In this document: positions 1-12,142 of the stretch, piece after piece
How positions within the stretch are numbered: position 1 is the first letter of the stretch
How the letters are laid out: each line of letters opens with the position of its first letter
DNA from: Scenedesmus sp. PABB004
Taxonomy: Eukaryota
Assembly: GCA_014905635.1 (NCBI GenBank)
Contig: JABVCE010000030.1
Location: forward strand, 124,001 to 188,000
DNA: 64,000 nt
Direction: 5' to 3'
Program-made: the position numbers and the translations under genes
The notes under the pieces: model-generated
The model's input: only the letters and a program-made list of their open reading frames with translations
The model's database searches: none
What the model was told of the DNA's origin: nothing

Positions 1-1150
1 GCGGCGCCGGCGGCAGCGGCGCCGGCGGCAACGGCAGCGGCAGCAGCAGCAGCGGCAGCGGTGGCGGCGGCAGCACCAGCAGCAGCAGCGGGCGGGAGCA
101 GCGGGCGCGAGGGCGGCGGCGGCGGCGGCTGTGGGGCGCCGCGCCACGGCGCGCTGCCGCCCGCGCGCGGCGCGCGCTCACGCTCACACCTGTTGCGCCG
201 CCCGCCCGCCGCGCCCCGCTCCGCGCCCTGCTGCTCCGCCGCCGCCGCCGCTGGCCACAGGTGTGCGTGTGAGGGGCCGGCTTGGCGCGTGCGGCGCGGC
301 CGGACACTGCCGGCGTCGGGGGGCGGCTGCAGGCGCAGCCGCCTGGCCGGTGGCGCAGCACACGCGCTGATGCGGTAACGGCATTGCTCTCTGCCCTCTG
401 CTCGTCTCACGCCCACTGGGGGCCGGGGGCCGCACGCCCAGCAGCGGCTGGGGCTGGGGCGGGGCGGCGAGGGGTGTGGCGAGGGGTGTGGCGCGGCGGC
501 ATGCAGCGGCTGGAGGAGCAGCCGGCGAGAGCGGCGACGGCGCGGCGGCGGCGGCGGACGGCGGCGGCGTGACGGCGGCAGCGACGGCAGGCAGCGCGGC
601 AGCGGCAGCAGGTGCGGCAGCGGCAGCGGCGGCGGCAGCGACGGCGGCAGCGACGGCGGCAGCGGCGGCGAGGGCACCGTGGCAGGAGCCCCTGCAGCAG
701 CCGGCGAAGCGGGGCGGCGACGGCTGACGCAGCGAGGCCGGCAGCAGCGACATCTGCGACAGCGGCGGTGGGCTGCAGCGGCAGCAGCGTGGGCGGCAGC
801 GGCAGCCGTTGCGCGCTGGCGGCGCCGGCTGGGGCACATGCCGCAAAACCGCTGAGCGCGGACTTGGACCCACAGCGGCAGGCATCCGCTCAAGAGCCCC
901 GTCGCTGCGCCGCCCCCACGCCCGCACACACCGCGGCGCGGACGCGCCCGCGCAATCTGCGCCGCCGCTGCTGCCGCCGCGGCTCCGCGCCGGCTCCTCG
1001 CGGTCCCGAGGTGGCCGCTGGATCGGCCTCGATCGCTGAGCTCGGCCGGGCCGGCCGCAGCGCGATCAAGAGCGCGTGGCAGCAGCGCACCAGAGCGCCG
1101 GCGCTCGCCGCGCCGCGCGCACGGCACGGCATCCCGCGTGGTGGCCCAGA

Positions 1151-3585
1151 ATGCGCTTGGTGGCGCCTGGGCTCGCCCCTCTGCGCCCGCCGCTGCTGCG
1201 GCGCCGAGCGGCCGTCGCTGCCGGTGCTGCTGCTGGCGCGACGCCGCCGGCGGGCGGCGCAGCCGCGCAGCCCGGCGCCGCCGCGCCCAGGGTGGCCGGG
1301 GGGCGGCCGAGGAAGGACGCCGCGCCAGCGCCCACGGCGCAGCAGGCGTCGGACACGGGCGCGGGCGCGACGCGCCGGCGGCCGCGCCAGCCGAGCGGCG
1401 GCGCGGCGGCTGCCGCGGCGGCGGAGACGCCGCCGCACCAGCAAGAGCAGCAGCAGCAGCAAGAGCAGCAGCAGCAGCAGCAGCAGGAGCAGGCTCCGCA
1501 TGATTTGACGGCGGCACGGGAGGCGGCGGCGGCGCTCGCGACGGAGCCTGGCGCCGGCGAGCCGCCGGGCGTCGTCCCCACGCAGGACGTGTGGGCGCGC
1601 GAGCTGCGGCACTTCCAGGTGCGGCGGCCGGAGCGCCGCGCCTCGGCGACACGGCCGCCCGCGGCGGCGCGGCGCGGCCCGCTGCGACCCACGCCCCCGC
1701 GCCGGCCCCGCGTCCGCGGCCGCGCCCAGGGCATGCTGCTGAGCCCGGCGCGGCCGTGGGTGCGGCGGTTCATTCTGCGCCACTGCTACGAGGCCAACGG
1801 CGCCGCGGCGCGCGCGTGGTACCGGGGGCTGGCGCCACGGCGCATGCACGCCATCATGCGCGAGTGAGCGGCGCGGCGGGCGGCGGCGGGCCCCACGGCG
1901 GGGCGGCGCGGCGCCCCGCGCGGGCTGGGCGCCCCAACGTGCCGCGCCCTGACGTGCCACGCGCCGTGCGCGCGTGCTGCGCCGCGCCGCAGTCGGCTGC
2001 AGCTGGAGCGCCGCCTCGCGGCGGCGGCGCACGGCGTCGAGGCGGCGTGGCGGCGGCTGCAGCTGCTCGGCGACGCGGTCGCGGACCAGGGCCGCGTGCT
2101 GGCCGACGACGAGCTGGCCAAGGAGCGCGACGCGCTCGTCGCGCTCGCTGAGCGCACCCGCGACGCGCTGGTGCGGCGCGACGCGCCGCCCCGGCGGCTG
2201 GCCCGCGCGCGCGCTGCGTCGAGCTGCGAGCGGCAGCCACGGGGGCGCGCCCGCCCACCCCGCCCCGGCGCGCCCGCCGCCCGGCGCGCACGGCAGGCGC
2301 TGCTGGACCGCTGCGCGGCGCGCGCGGCCGAGGGCGGCGACGCGGCGTTTGAGGCGCGCGTGCCGGCGCTGCGCGCCGTGCTGCGCGGCCTGCTGGCGAC
2401 GTCAGAGTCGTACCTGCGCGAGCACGTGCGCCGCGCGGCGGCGGCGAGCAAGATCAACGCGGCCGCGCGCGACGCGTGGGCCGCCACGCCCCCGGTGCGC
2501 TCGGCGGGCGCGCGACGAGCAGGCGCCGGCTGCCGGGCGCGGGCACGCGCCCGGCGCGCCCGCGCGGCGCGGCCGCCGCCCCGAGCACCGAGCACCGCCC
2601 GCGGGCGCCGCCGCCGCCGCAGTCACGCCGGCCGCCGGTGGCCGAGGCCGAGGCGCGGCGCCAGGCGTCGCTGGCGCAGCTGCAGGACGTGCGGCCGGCG
2701 CACCCGAGCGAGCTGCTGGCGGAGTATCAGGCACTGGCGCGGGGCTTTGCGTGCTACAAGGTGCGCGGCGGCTGGACGAGGGGGGGGGAGGCCAGGCAGG
2801 CGGCGCTGCACCGCGGTGAGGGCCGCCGGGCACGCCGCACAACGCGGCGCGCCGCCTGCCGCGCAGGACCCCACGCTGCTGCAGCGGCGGCCGGCCACGG
2901 GCGCGCCCAGCTCGCTGGGCGGCAGCTTCTGGCCGCAGCCGGGTGGCGGGCGCGGCAGCGGCGCCCCCGGGCGGCCGCGGCGCCGCTGTACGCTGCCGGA
3001 GGCGCCGAGCAGGGGCAGCAGCCGCCGGAGCAGCAGCAGGCGCAGAAGGTGGAGGAGGGCGCCGACCAGGGCGCGGCGCCGTGGCCCTGGTGGCCGCACC
3101 AGCAGCAGCGGGTCGTCTGGCCGCCGGCGCAGCGGCTGCCGCTGCTGCCGCACCTCGGGCGCCACCGGCAGTGGCTCGCCGCGGCGGCGGATGTGGACCA
3201 GCGGCTCGGCGTGGCCGCGGAGCAGCAGCAGCAGCAGGATGAGCAGCAGCAGCAGCAGCAGGAGCAGGAGCAGGAGCTGCAGCCACCGCCGACGGCGCCG
3301 TCGCCCGCGAGCCCGCCGCAGCTGGCTGGCAGCCTCGCGCGCCAGCTCGTGCGCCCGCCGCCTGCAGCAGAGGCGCAGGCGCTGCTGCAGAGTGCCAGCG
3401 GCGCCGGCGACGAGGACGGCGGCGAGGCCGAGGCGGAGGCGCTGCCGCCCGGGCTGCCGCCGGGCTTCAGCTTCAGCGGCCGGGTCATGCCGCCCGTGCC
3501 GGTGCTGCTGCTGCGCGCGCTGGCGCTGGAGCAGCGGATGGCCCAGCAGCAGCAGCAGCAGCAGCATCAGGGCCGCCAGGAATGA
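1151..3585 (+). CDS. Hypothetical multi-exon protein with Gln-rich tracts, possibly organelle-targeted
   Basis: ATG at 1151 opens an Arg/Ala-rich transit-peptide-like N-terminus. Coding-like segments (…WVRRFILRHCYEANG…, …DDELAKERDALVALAERTRDAL…, …ELLAEYQALARGFACYK…) are separated by a GT..AG intron at ~1864-1992. Stop at 3585. At least one frame change near 2490 is unexplained. No family recognised. Confidence 0.5.
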
Positions 3586-4128
3586 GGGGGGCAAGCCGCT
3601 GTGGCGCCGCCGTGCGCGCGGCCGGCGTCAGGCGTCACCTGTGGCGGCGTCGTAACCTGCTGACTGCACCGCGCCCCGCCGGCGCGATCCCCCTTCCCGA
3701 GCTCGCCCAGCCGCTCAAGGTATCGGCCAGCGGGGACGCGTGGACGGCGAGCGGATGCCGAGCTGACACGAGGTCGCCAGTGCTGTCGCGCTCTCCACGG
3801 AGCGCCCGCGGCGCCCCTGCACAGCGCGTTTCCGGCACGGCGTGACCGTCGACGATCTCGGGTGCGGCGCACGGCCTGGCGTAGAGCGCCAGGGCAGCGC
3901 GGAGGCTGGAAGCCTGGCGCCCCCGCTGCCCGGGGGCCTAGCGGACGCCGCTGGGCGCCGGCGCGCGTGGGGCTGTCGTATGGAGGCTGGAGAGTACGCT
4001 GCGCTGCCTGGCCGCGGCCGGCGGCCCAGTCACCGGCCGCGCCGCTGCTGCCGCCGCCGCTATCCGCCGCGCCCAGGGCCCGCTGCTGCCATCCGGGTCC
4101 CAAGCAAGGCGGCAGCCCCTGATCCCGC

Positions 4129-5769
4129 ATGGGCCTGGACACGGGCGCGCCGCGTGACCAGGCGCCGCGCGCGGACGCCAACGGCACGGTGCCAGCGAGC
4201 GCGAAGCGCGTCAGCGGCGCGGCCGTGGCGCAGCCCGCCGAGCTGGCGCCGCGGGCGCCCCCGCCGCCCGCCGGCGGGGGGCGGGCGCTGGCGCTGACCT
4301 ACGTCGCCGCCAGCACGACCGGCGTGCTGCTGCTGGGCGCGTGCGGGTCGGTGGCCAGCCCCGAGGCGTTCGGCGGCAGCGTCGCGGCGGCGCTGCGCGA
4401 CTGGAGCCCGCTGCCGCAGGCTGCGCTGCTGCTGCTGCTCGCCGGCCTGGTCGCGCTCGCGGCGCTGCTGCGCAGGCAGGCGGCGGGCGGCGCGCGCGAG
4501 GCGGTCGGTGAGTGCGGCGGCGCGCAGCGGCGGGGGCGAGCGCGCTGCGCAGGGCGCCGCGCGAGCCTGGCCGCCTCCCGACCCCGGGCCGCGCGCCGCC
4601 GCAGCGCTGCCGGCTGGCGTGACGGTGGACGAGAGCGGCGTCCTCTGCGACGCCAGCGGCGCCCCGCTGGCGCGCGGCTTCAGGCTGGCCGCCGGCGGCC
4701 GCGGCGTCGTGCTGGCGAGCGGCGCGCCGATGCCGCGGGGCTGCGAGCTGGGCCCCGGCGGCGTGCTGGTGCACTCGGCGTCGGGCCGCCCCGTGCCGCA
4801 CTGCTGCGGCATCGGGAGCCAGGGCGAGCTGCTGTCCAGCGACGGCGAGGCGCTGCCGGCGAGCATGTCCGTCGGGCCAAACAGGTGCGAGCGCGCCGCG
4901 CCGAGGCCCGCGCGCCCGGGCCAGCCGGCGGCGGCGGCAAGGTGGCGCGCGCAGCCCGCCCGCGCTCGCTCGCTCAGGGTGCGCGCCGCCCGCGCTGCCC
5001 GCCGCAGCACGCTGATCGCGGCGGACGGCACCGTGCTGAGCCCCGACCTGCAGCCCGTCCCCGCGGGCTTTGCGCTCTCGGCCTGCGGCCGGCAGCTGAT
5101 GCGGCCCAACGGCAAGCCCGTGCCCGCGGGCGTGCACGTCGGCGCGGGGTTCCGACTGCTCAAGCCCTGCGGCGCGCCGCTGCCCGACGGTGCGCGCGCC
5201 GCGCCGCGCGGGCGGCCGCCAGCGCACGCCGGTCCGCTCACCCGCCGCCGCCCGCCGCCGCCGGGCGCGCCGCTCCGCCAGGCGTCAAGATTGGCCCCGC
5301 CGGCACGCTCATCTGCCTCGACGGCACCGTGCTGGGCCGCGACGGCGCGGCGCTGCCGCCGGGCTTCACGCTCAGCGCCGACAAGACGCGCCTGCACGAC
5401 CCCGCGGGCCGCGCAGTGGAGGAGGGGCACTCGATGGGACCCAACGGGTGCGCGCGCTGCTGCCGGCCGCGCCGCTGGCCGCGCCACGGGTGCGCGCGCT
5501 GGGCCGGCCGCGCCGCTGGCCGCGCCCGCGCGCCGGCCGGGCTCACGCGGCCATCGCCGCCCGCTCGTCCCTCGGGCCGCACCCGCAGCACGCTCGTGTG
5601 CGAGGACGGCACGCTGCTCGCGGCGGCGGGGCGGCTGCCGCTAGGGCCGTCGTTCGCGCTCGGCCCGCTCGGCAACCTGCTCGCGGACGGCGTGCCCGTG
5701 CCGCCCGACGCGCGCTTCGACGCCGACGGCGAGCTGGTCGCCGCCGACGGCGCGCCGCTGCGCGTGTGA
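4129..5769 (+). CDS. Hypothetical membrane-anchored protein with ~20-aa tandem repeats
   Basis: Exon 1 has two hydrophobic stretches (LALTYVAASTTGVLLLGACG; ALLLLLAGLVALAALL). Later exons (~4605-4884, ~5008-5189, ~5282-5447, ~5589-5769) encode repeated [LV]PxG-hxh-GxxG-x-L-xxxxGxP units. Introns have GT donors and CAG acceptors. Confidence 0.6.
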   Translation: MGLDTGAPRDQAPRADANGTVPASAKRVSGAAVAQPAELAPRAPPPPAGGGRALALTYVAASTTGVLLLGACGSVASPEAFGGSVAAALRDWSPLPQAALLLLLAGLVALAALLRRQAAGGAREAVGECGGAQRRGRARCAGRRASLAASRPRAARRRSAAGWRDGGRERRPLRRQRRPAGARLQAGRRRPRRRAGERRADAAGLRAGPRRRAGALGVGPPRAALLRHREPGRAAVQRRRGAAGEHVRRAKQVRARRAEARAPGPAGGGGKVARAARPRSLAQGARRPRCPPQHADRGGRHRAEPRPAARPRGLCALGLRPAADAAQRQARARGRARRRGVPTAQALRRAAARRCARRAARAAASARRSAHPPPPAAAGRAAPPGVKIGPAGTLICLDGTVLGRDGAALPPGFTLSADKTRLHDPAGRAVEEGHSMGPNGCARCCRPRRWPRHGCARWAGRAAGRARAPAGLTRPSPPARPSGRTRSTLVCEDGTLLAAAGRLPLGPSFALGPLGNLLADGVPVPPDARFDADGELVAADGAPLRV

Positions 5770-6332
5770 GCGCGCGCGGCGCGAGCGCACGGCGCGCGCG
5801 CGGCGCGGCAGCAACGCACGCAAAAACACCGGACGCACGAATATGGGGGGCCCGGTTGGCGGGGCGGTGGGCGAGGGCAACAGGGCGGCAGCACCTGAAC
5901 TTGCTGCGGCGGCGGGCGCACGGCCTGGGCGGCGACGAATGAGCGGCGCGCGTGTGTTCCCGAGCGTGCCCTTGGCCGGCAACCCGTCGGCACGTGCGCT
6001 CGATCGATCGCCGCGCGCACGCACGGCGCCGGGCAGCCGTCCAGTCGTCCCAGCGAGCGGCCCCAGGCTCTGCGCCTCTGGGCCGCGGCGGCGCTGGAGC
6101 TCCGGCGAGCCGACGTCGGCCGGCTCCGCCCCCGCGCGTTGAGCCCCGGCCCTCTCGCCGCCGCCGCACGCCGCCGGCCTGCCGCACCGCCCCCGCGCGC
6201 GGGTGGACACGCTCCCGCCCCGACCTGTCCGCTCCCACTCCCGCGCGGCCCCAGCGAGCGGCCCGGGCGCTGCGAGCCCCCCGCCCGCCGCGGCGCGCCA
6301 GCGCGCGCGGGCGCGCCCGCAAGGGCACCACC

Positions 6333-9300
6333 ATGGTGGCCGAGGCGCCCAAGGAGCCCGCCCCCGGGGCGGGCGCGATCGTGGCGGTCGGGGGCGTGGG
6401 GACGGCGAGCAGCAAGCTGCCGCGCCCGGTGGCGGAGGGCGTGAAGCAGATCATCACGCAGACGCGCGCCATCGGCATCATCCTGCCGCCCCCGGACATC
6501 AGGGCCATCATCGACAAGACCGCGCAGTTCGTGGCCAAGAATGGTGCGGCGCCGGCGGCGGCCGCTGCTGCCGCCCCCGCGCCGCGCCGCGCGGGCCCCG
6601 CCGGCCCGCCGCCGCCCTGATCCCACGGCGCCGGCCGCGCCCGGGGTCCGGCAGCGGCGCGCGCACGCGTGCGCCGGCCCGCCGCCGGCCCGCCGCCGAC
6701 GCGCGCCGCCGCGCCCGCCGCTGCTGCTGCTGCCGCCGCGGCCAGGCACCGAGTTTGAGCGCCGCATCATGGCCAGCGAGGCCAACAACGTCAAGTTCAA
6801 CTTCCTCACGCCCACAGACCCCTACCACGCGTACTACCGCATGCGGGTGCGCCGCGCGGGCTGGCGCGCTGGGTTGCAGCCGGCGGCGCCCGCGGCGGCA
6901 GAGATGGCGGCGGCGGCGTTGGCGGCAGCAGGCCGAGCCGCGCGCCGCGCCGCGCCGCGCCGCGCCGCGCAGGTCAAGAACTTCTCGGAGCCGGAGGAGG
7001 GCGAGGAGGGCAAGGAGGGCACGGCGGCCGGCACGACTGCGGCCGCGGCGGCCGCCGCGACCGCGACCGCCGCGGCGGCCGCCGCCGCCGCGGCCGCCGC
7101 CGCGGCCGCGCCGGCGCCCACCACCACGCGGCCGCTGGAGAAGCCGGAGGATGAGAAGTACACGGTGCGTGCGCGCGCGTGTGTGTGTGTGGGGGGGGGG
7201 CGCCACCGCTGCCGGCGCCGGCCGCGGGCGCGGCGCGCTCACCCCGCCCGCCACGCTCCCGCCGCCAGGTGCACGTGCCCGAGGGCCTCACCGGGCTGGA
7301 CCTGGACCTGATCAAGCTGACCGCGCAGTTTGTCGCGCGCAACGGCGCGGCGTTCCTCACCGGCCTCACGACGCGCGAGGGGTCCAACCCGGCCTTCTAC
7401 TTCCTCAAGCCCACGCACAGCATGTTTGGCTTCTTCACCTCCCTCGCAGACGCGTACAGCGCGGTGCTCATGCCCAGCAAGACCCTCCCCGCCGCGCTGG
7501 CCGCCGACGCGGGCGACAGGCGCGCGCGGGAGGGGCGGCGCTGCGGGCGGCGCGCGGGAGGGGCGGCCAGCGCGGGGGAGGGCGGCGCGGGCGCCGACGC
7601 AGCGGCGCCGCCGCCGCCTCTGGCGCGCAGGGCGGCGATCCTGGAGCGCTGCCTGAAGCGGCTTGAGTGGGAGAAGGTCCGCGCCAAGGAGGCGGCGGAG
7701 CACGAGGACGAGATGGAGCGCGAGCGCGTGGCGATGCAGCAGGTGACACACACGCACGCGGCCGCGCAGGGACCTGCCACTGCCGCAGCGCGCCGCCGCG
7801 CCGCCGCGCCGCCGCGGCCCCGGCCCCGGGCGCGGGCTGACGCGCTGCCGCCGCTCCCGCCGCTCCCGCGCCCGTGCGCCGCGCGCCGCAGATTGACTGG
7901 CACGACTTTGTGGTGGTGGAGACGGTCGACTTTTTCGACGGCGAGGACGAGGAGCTGCCGCCGCCGATGACGCTGACCGAGCACCGCGCGTACGCGAAGC
8001 AGCAGGCGCTCGGCGGCGGCGCGCCGCCGCCGGAGCCGCCCGCCGACAAGGCCGCCAACGGCGGCGGCCCCGTGGAGATGGACGACACCGAGCGCGCGCT
8101 GCTCGCCGACGCGGCCGCGGCCGCGGCCGCGGCGGAGCCGCGCGCGCCGCTCGCGCCGCCGCCGGCGGCCGCGCCCAACGCGGCGCCGGCGCTGCCGGAC
8201 GAGGTGCGCCAGGGCGCCGCGCGCGCCGCGGCCGCGGCGCGGCGCGCTCGGCCCGTTCACTGCCCTCTCCCGCCACCCGCTCCCTCCAACCGCCCCGTCC
8301 GCGCCCTCTCTCCGCGCGCGCCGCGTGTCAGGAGATGGAGGACGACATGGACCTGGACGACGGCGGGCCGATCAAGGTGGTCAAAAACTACAAGCGCCCC
8401 GCGCCCGGGTCGACCGCGCGCACCGCGGGCGGCGTCGCGTACGACCCCTCGCGCTTCGCCGTGTCGCCCATCACCGGCGAGCTCGTCGCGCACGCGCACA
8501 TGGCGGAGCACATGCGCATCAGCCTCATCGACCCCCGGTGCGCCGCCCACCGCACACCGCACACCGCGCCCGCCCCCCCTCGCGCGCACGCCGCGGCGCG
8601 CGCGCCGCCCGCGCCCGGCTCCCCTCGTGCGCGCGCCCCGCCCCCGGCTGCGCGCCCGCCGCCGCCCCCGCGCCCCTCCCACGCGCCGCCGCCGCGCCTG
8701 CTGCCTCCCTGCCCCGTCCCACCCGAAGGTGGAAGGAGCAGAAGGAGGCGATGCTGTCCAAGATCAAGACCACGGCTAAGGCGGACGACGAGGAGATCAC
8801 GCGCAACCTGCTCGGCCTCGCGCGCACGCGGCCAGACATCTTCGGTGCGGCGCACGCGTCGCCGCGCTGTGCCGCCGCGCCGCACTCCGCCGCGGCCGGG
8901 GGCCGCGGGCCTGACGCTCGCGCCGCGCCCGCCGCCGCGACGCGCGCGCCCCGCGCCAGGCTCGACGGAGGAGGAGCTGGCCGAGGTGGTGACGGCGGCG
9001 GTCAAGGAGAAGCAGACGAGCGGGCAGGGCCGGCCGGTCGCCTGGGACGGCGCGACGCGCGGCGGGGAGCACCTCAAGCACCACCTGCAGGAGATTGCGG
9101 ACCAGCGCCGCGAGCTGCCGGGCGTGCCGCCGCTCGCGGGGCTGCTGCCGCCCATGCCGCACGCGGGCCCGGCCGGCATGCCGCCGCCGGGGCAGGCCGC
9201 GGCGCAGTGGCGCCCGCCGGGCGCCCCGGGCGGGCTGCCGCCGCCGCCGATGCTGCAGCCGCCGGCGCTGCGCCCGCCGGTGCTGCAGCCGCCGCCGGGC

Positions 9301-10189
9301 GCAGGGCAGCCGCCGGTCGCAGGGCAGCCGCCGGTCGCGGGGCAGCCGCCGGTCGCGGGGCAGCCGCCGGTCGCGGGGCAGCCGCCGGGCGCGGGGCAGC
9401 CGCCGGCGCTGCAGCCGCCGGCGCAGCAGGCGCAGGCGCGCCCGCCGCTGCCGGGGCCGCCGCCGCCGGGCATGCTGGGCGGCCTGCCGCCGCCGCCGGG
9501 GCGCCTGGTCTGCCGGGCGCGCCCCCTGGCATGCCGCCGGGCATGCTGCCGCCGGGCATGCTGCCGCCAGGCATGCTCCCGCCGGGCATGCTGCCGCCGG
9601 GGATGCTGCCGCCGGGCATGCCGCCGGGGATGCTGCCGCCGGGCATGCCGCCGGGCATGCTGCCGCCGATGCCGGGCGCCACGCGGCCAGGTGCGCGCGC
9701 GCTGCCACCCGCACTGGCCGCGCCCTGTGGCACGCGCCGCCGCCGCCGCCGCCGCCGCTCACTCCCTCCCTCCTCCGCCGCGCCGCGCGGCTGCGCCCAG
9801 GCCCGCCGCTGCCGGCGGAGGACGACCCCGCGCTCAAGCGGCCGCGCCTCGACGACGGCGTGTTTGTGCTGAAGCCCGAGGACGAGTGGCTCGAGGCCCT
9901 CGGCGACGCCAGCGACGCGGCCGCCAAGGTGCGCGTGCAGTGCCCCGAGGTCCCCGGCAGCGACAAGCTCACGGGGCAGGTGCTCGAGGTCGAGCTGCCC
10001 AGCCTGCGCGCGAGCGTGTCGGAGCTCAAGGCCCGGCTGGAGGCCGCGGTCGGCGTGGCGCCGAACAAGCAGAAGCTCAACCGCCCGGGCGTGGGCTTCC
10101 TCAAGGACGAGTTCTCGCTCGCATACTACAACGTCGGCCCCGACGTCACGCTCAGCCTGGGCACCAAGGACCGCGGCCGCAAGAAGTAG
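6333..10189 (+). CDS. SF3A1: Splicing factor 3A subunit 1 (PRP21-like; two SURP/SWAP domains, Pro-rich region, C-terminal ubiquitin-like domain)
   Basis: SURP1 (GIILPPPDIRAIIDKTAQFVAKNG…KFNFLTPTDPYHAYY), SURP2 (DLDLIKLTAQFVARNG…FYFLKPTHSMFGFFT), IDWHDFVVVETVDF, SPITGELV…MAEHMRISLIDPRWKEQK, LARTRPDIFG and a Ubl end (NKQKL…FLKDEFSLAYYNV…LGTKDRGRKK*). About 10 exons. Apparent 1-nt frameshift near 9500. Confidence 0.96.
9303..9670 (+). repeat. Coding minisatellites in SF3A1: 18-nt GQPPVA units and 15-nt MLPPG units
   Basis: gggcagccgccggtcgc[ag] is repeated at 9305-9400 and ggcatgctgccgccg-type units at ~9530-9670. Confidence 0.8.
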
Positions 10190-10424
10190 GCTGGGCGCCG
10201 CGCGTGCGCGGCGGCGGCGCGGAGGCACGGCGCTGCGCGTCCATGCGGTGGGCGCTGTGTCGGCGGGCGGGCGGCGGCGCGGCGGCTGGAGGCGGCCGGC
10301 CGACCACGTCGGCCTGAGCGGCCCGCGTGCGTGCTTGCGTAACCTCTCGCAGCGACGCGGGGCCCGTCACGCAACCTCAACGGCGCGCAGGCAGCACGCG
10401 GATGCATCAAAACCGACGGGCAAG

Positions 10425-10664
10425 GGAGGCCAGCAGCAGCGGCGTGCAGTCTCGCAGCGCGCGCGCGCGCGCGCGTTGTTATTCACCCCAAGCGCGCCCG
10501 CAGCACGCACAGCAGCACCAAACTCCTGCGCTCGCCAACGCCCCAACTCCTGCAGGCAGGCGCCCCGAGCATCCCCCAAGCTGCTCACTGCCGCCCTGCA
10601 GGGCGGCCGCCCACCCCGCCGCCACGGCCGCCAAGGCGGGCCAGCCCGCCTTGGCCGGCTCAGT
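10425..10664. repeat. Direct repeat A, copy 1 (3' flank of TSPO, includes its stop codon)
   Basis: Shares long blocks with 11911-12128: cagcggcgtgcagtctcgc, attcaccccaagcgcgc, cgccccaactcctgc, ccccaagctgctcactgccgccc, gccgcccaccccgccgccacggccgcc, ggccggctcagt. Confidence 0.9.
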
Positions 10665-11751
10665 CGGCCTTGGCCGCGCGGCGCGGCGCGTTGTGGCGCC
10701 AGATCCAGAACGTCAGCGCGCTCGCGTAGCTCACCTGCGGCGCGCCGTGGGTGCAGCCGGGCCGTGGGCGCGCGGGCGCGCCGCGCCGCTGCCCCGGCCG
10801 CCCATCGCAAAGCAGCCGGTCCCCCCCCCCCCCGCCACACGCACACAAACACACGCGCACCCAGGCCAGGTAGGGCCCCAGCAGCGCGAGCGTGGCGCCG
10901 CGGCCGATGACGGGGGCAAAGAGCCGCGCCGTGCCGACGATGCCAGCCCAGAGCGCCGCGATGTCCGCGCTCGCCGCGCCGAGCGCGTGCGCCTTGAAGA
11001 ACAGCGGCGTCCACGCCAGGTTGAGCGCCAGCTGCACGGCGTACGCCGCGAGGGGCAGCGCCTGCGCCTCCAGGCCTGCGCGGGGCGCGCGGGGCGCGTG
11101 GCGGCGCGCGGCGGCGGGTGCGCGCCGGGCGGCGCAGCCGCGCGCGGCCGCGCGCACCGCCGTGGCGCCACACGAGCCAGCTGGCGAGGCCCATCATGGT
11201 GTAAAGCGCCGTCCAGACGGGACCGAACAGCCAGTTCTGAGGGGCGCGCACGTGCCGGCGGCACGTCGGCGCCGCTGGCGCGCACAGCGGTCCACGCTGG
11301 CGCGCCGACGCCGCGCGCGCAGAGCTGCTGCGGCCCTCGCAGCAGCTGCGTGGGAGTGATCCCGCACCGGCGGCGTCCAGGAGGGCTTGCGGATGGTCGT
11401 GTACCTGCGAGGGCGCAGAGCGCGGCGGCGGCGCGCGGCCGACCTTTGGCGGCGCCACCGCGCGCAGCCGGGCGCCTGCAGCCCCGCGCATGCACGTCGG
11501 GCGTGTTGGGCATGTGCGTGGGGGTGGGCGTGCGTGGACGCACCAGCCCTTGACCTCGCTCATGGTCGCGACGCTGCCTCCGACGCCGCCGAGCAGCGGC
11601 ACAGCGATCGCGAGGGCCTGCGCGCCGCGGCGGGCGCGGTCGTGTGCACGATCACACACACAGCACGACGCGGATGCACCCGCGCCGCGCGCACCAGCGT
11701 CTTGGCGTCGGCGGCGGTGAGGCCGCCGGCGAGCGCTGCTGCTGCGACCAT
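10660..11751 (-). CDS. TSPO: TspO/MBR family translocator protein
   Basis: The spliced product contains [13 protein letters not shown]…[37 protein letters not shown]…[16 protein letters not shown]…[23 protein letters not shown], the classic TspO signature. About 6 exons. Confidence 0.95.
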
Positions 11752-11910
11752 CGTGGCGGGCTTGTGTGTGCGCGCGTGCGTCGGAGGCGCTGCAGCAGGC
11801 CTGGGCCGACGACTGGGCCGGCGGCGGGCGGCGGGCTGGCAGCACGGGCGGCGGGCGTCTCGTCATTCGCGGGGTTCAGCGGTCAGCCCCAAGCACAAAA
11901 ACCACGCGGT

Positions 11911-12128
11911 GGAGGCCAACAGCGGCGTGCAGTCTCGCGCGCGGTCATTCACCCCAAGCGCGCGCGCACGCACAGCAGAAGCAACTCCTGCGATCGTCGA
12001 CGCCCCAACTCCTGCGTCCAGGCACCCCAAGCATCCCCAAGCTGCTCACTGCCGCCCGGCGGGGCAGCCGCCCACCCCGCCGCCACGGCCGCCCACGCGC
12101 TGCGCCCGCGTGCCTCGGCCGGCTCAGT
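11911..12128. repeat. Direct repeat A, copy 2 (3' flank of the LanC-like gene, upstream of TSPO)
   Basis: Diverged direct copy of 10425-10664. Confidence 0.9.
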
Positions 12129-12142
12129 TGAAGCGGGCAGGC

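Noticed and set aside
1..930. Possible gene end or Ala-rich ORF at the window start
   Set aside because: Low-complexity GCN/GGC repeats with one acceptor-like site (~260). I could not fix the strand, frame or product.
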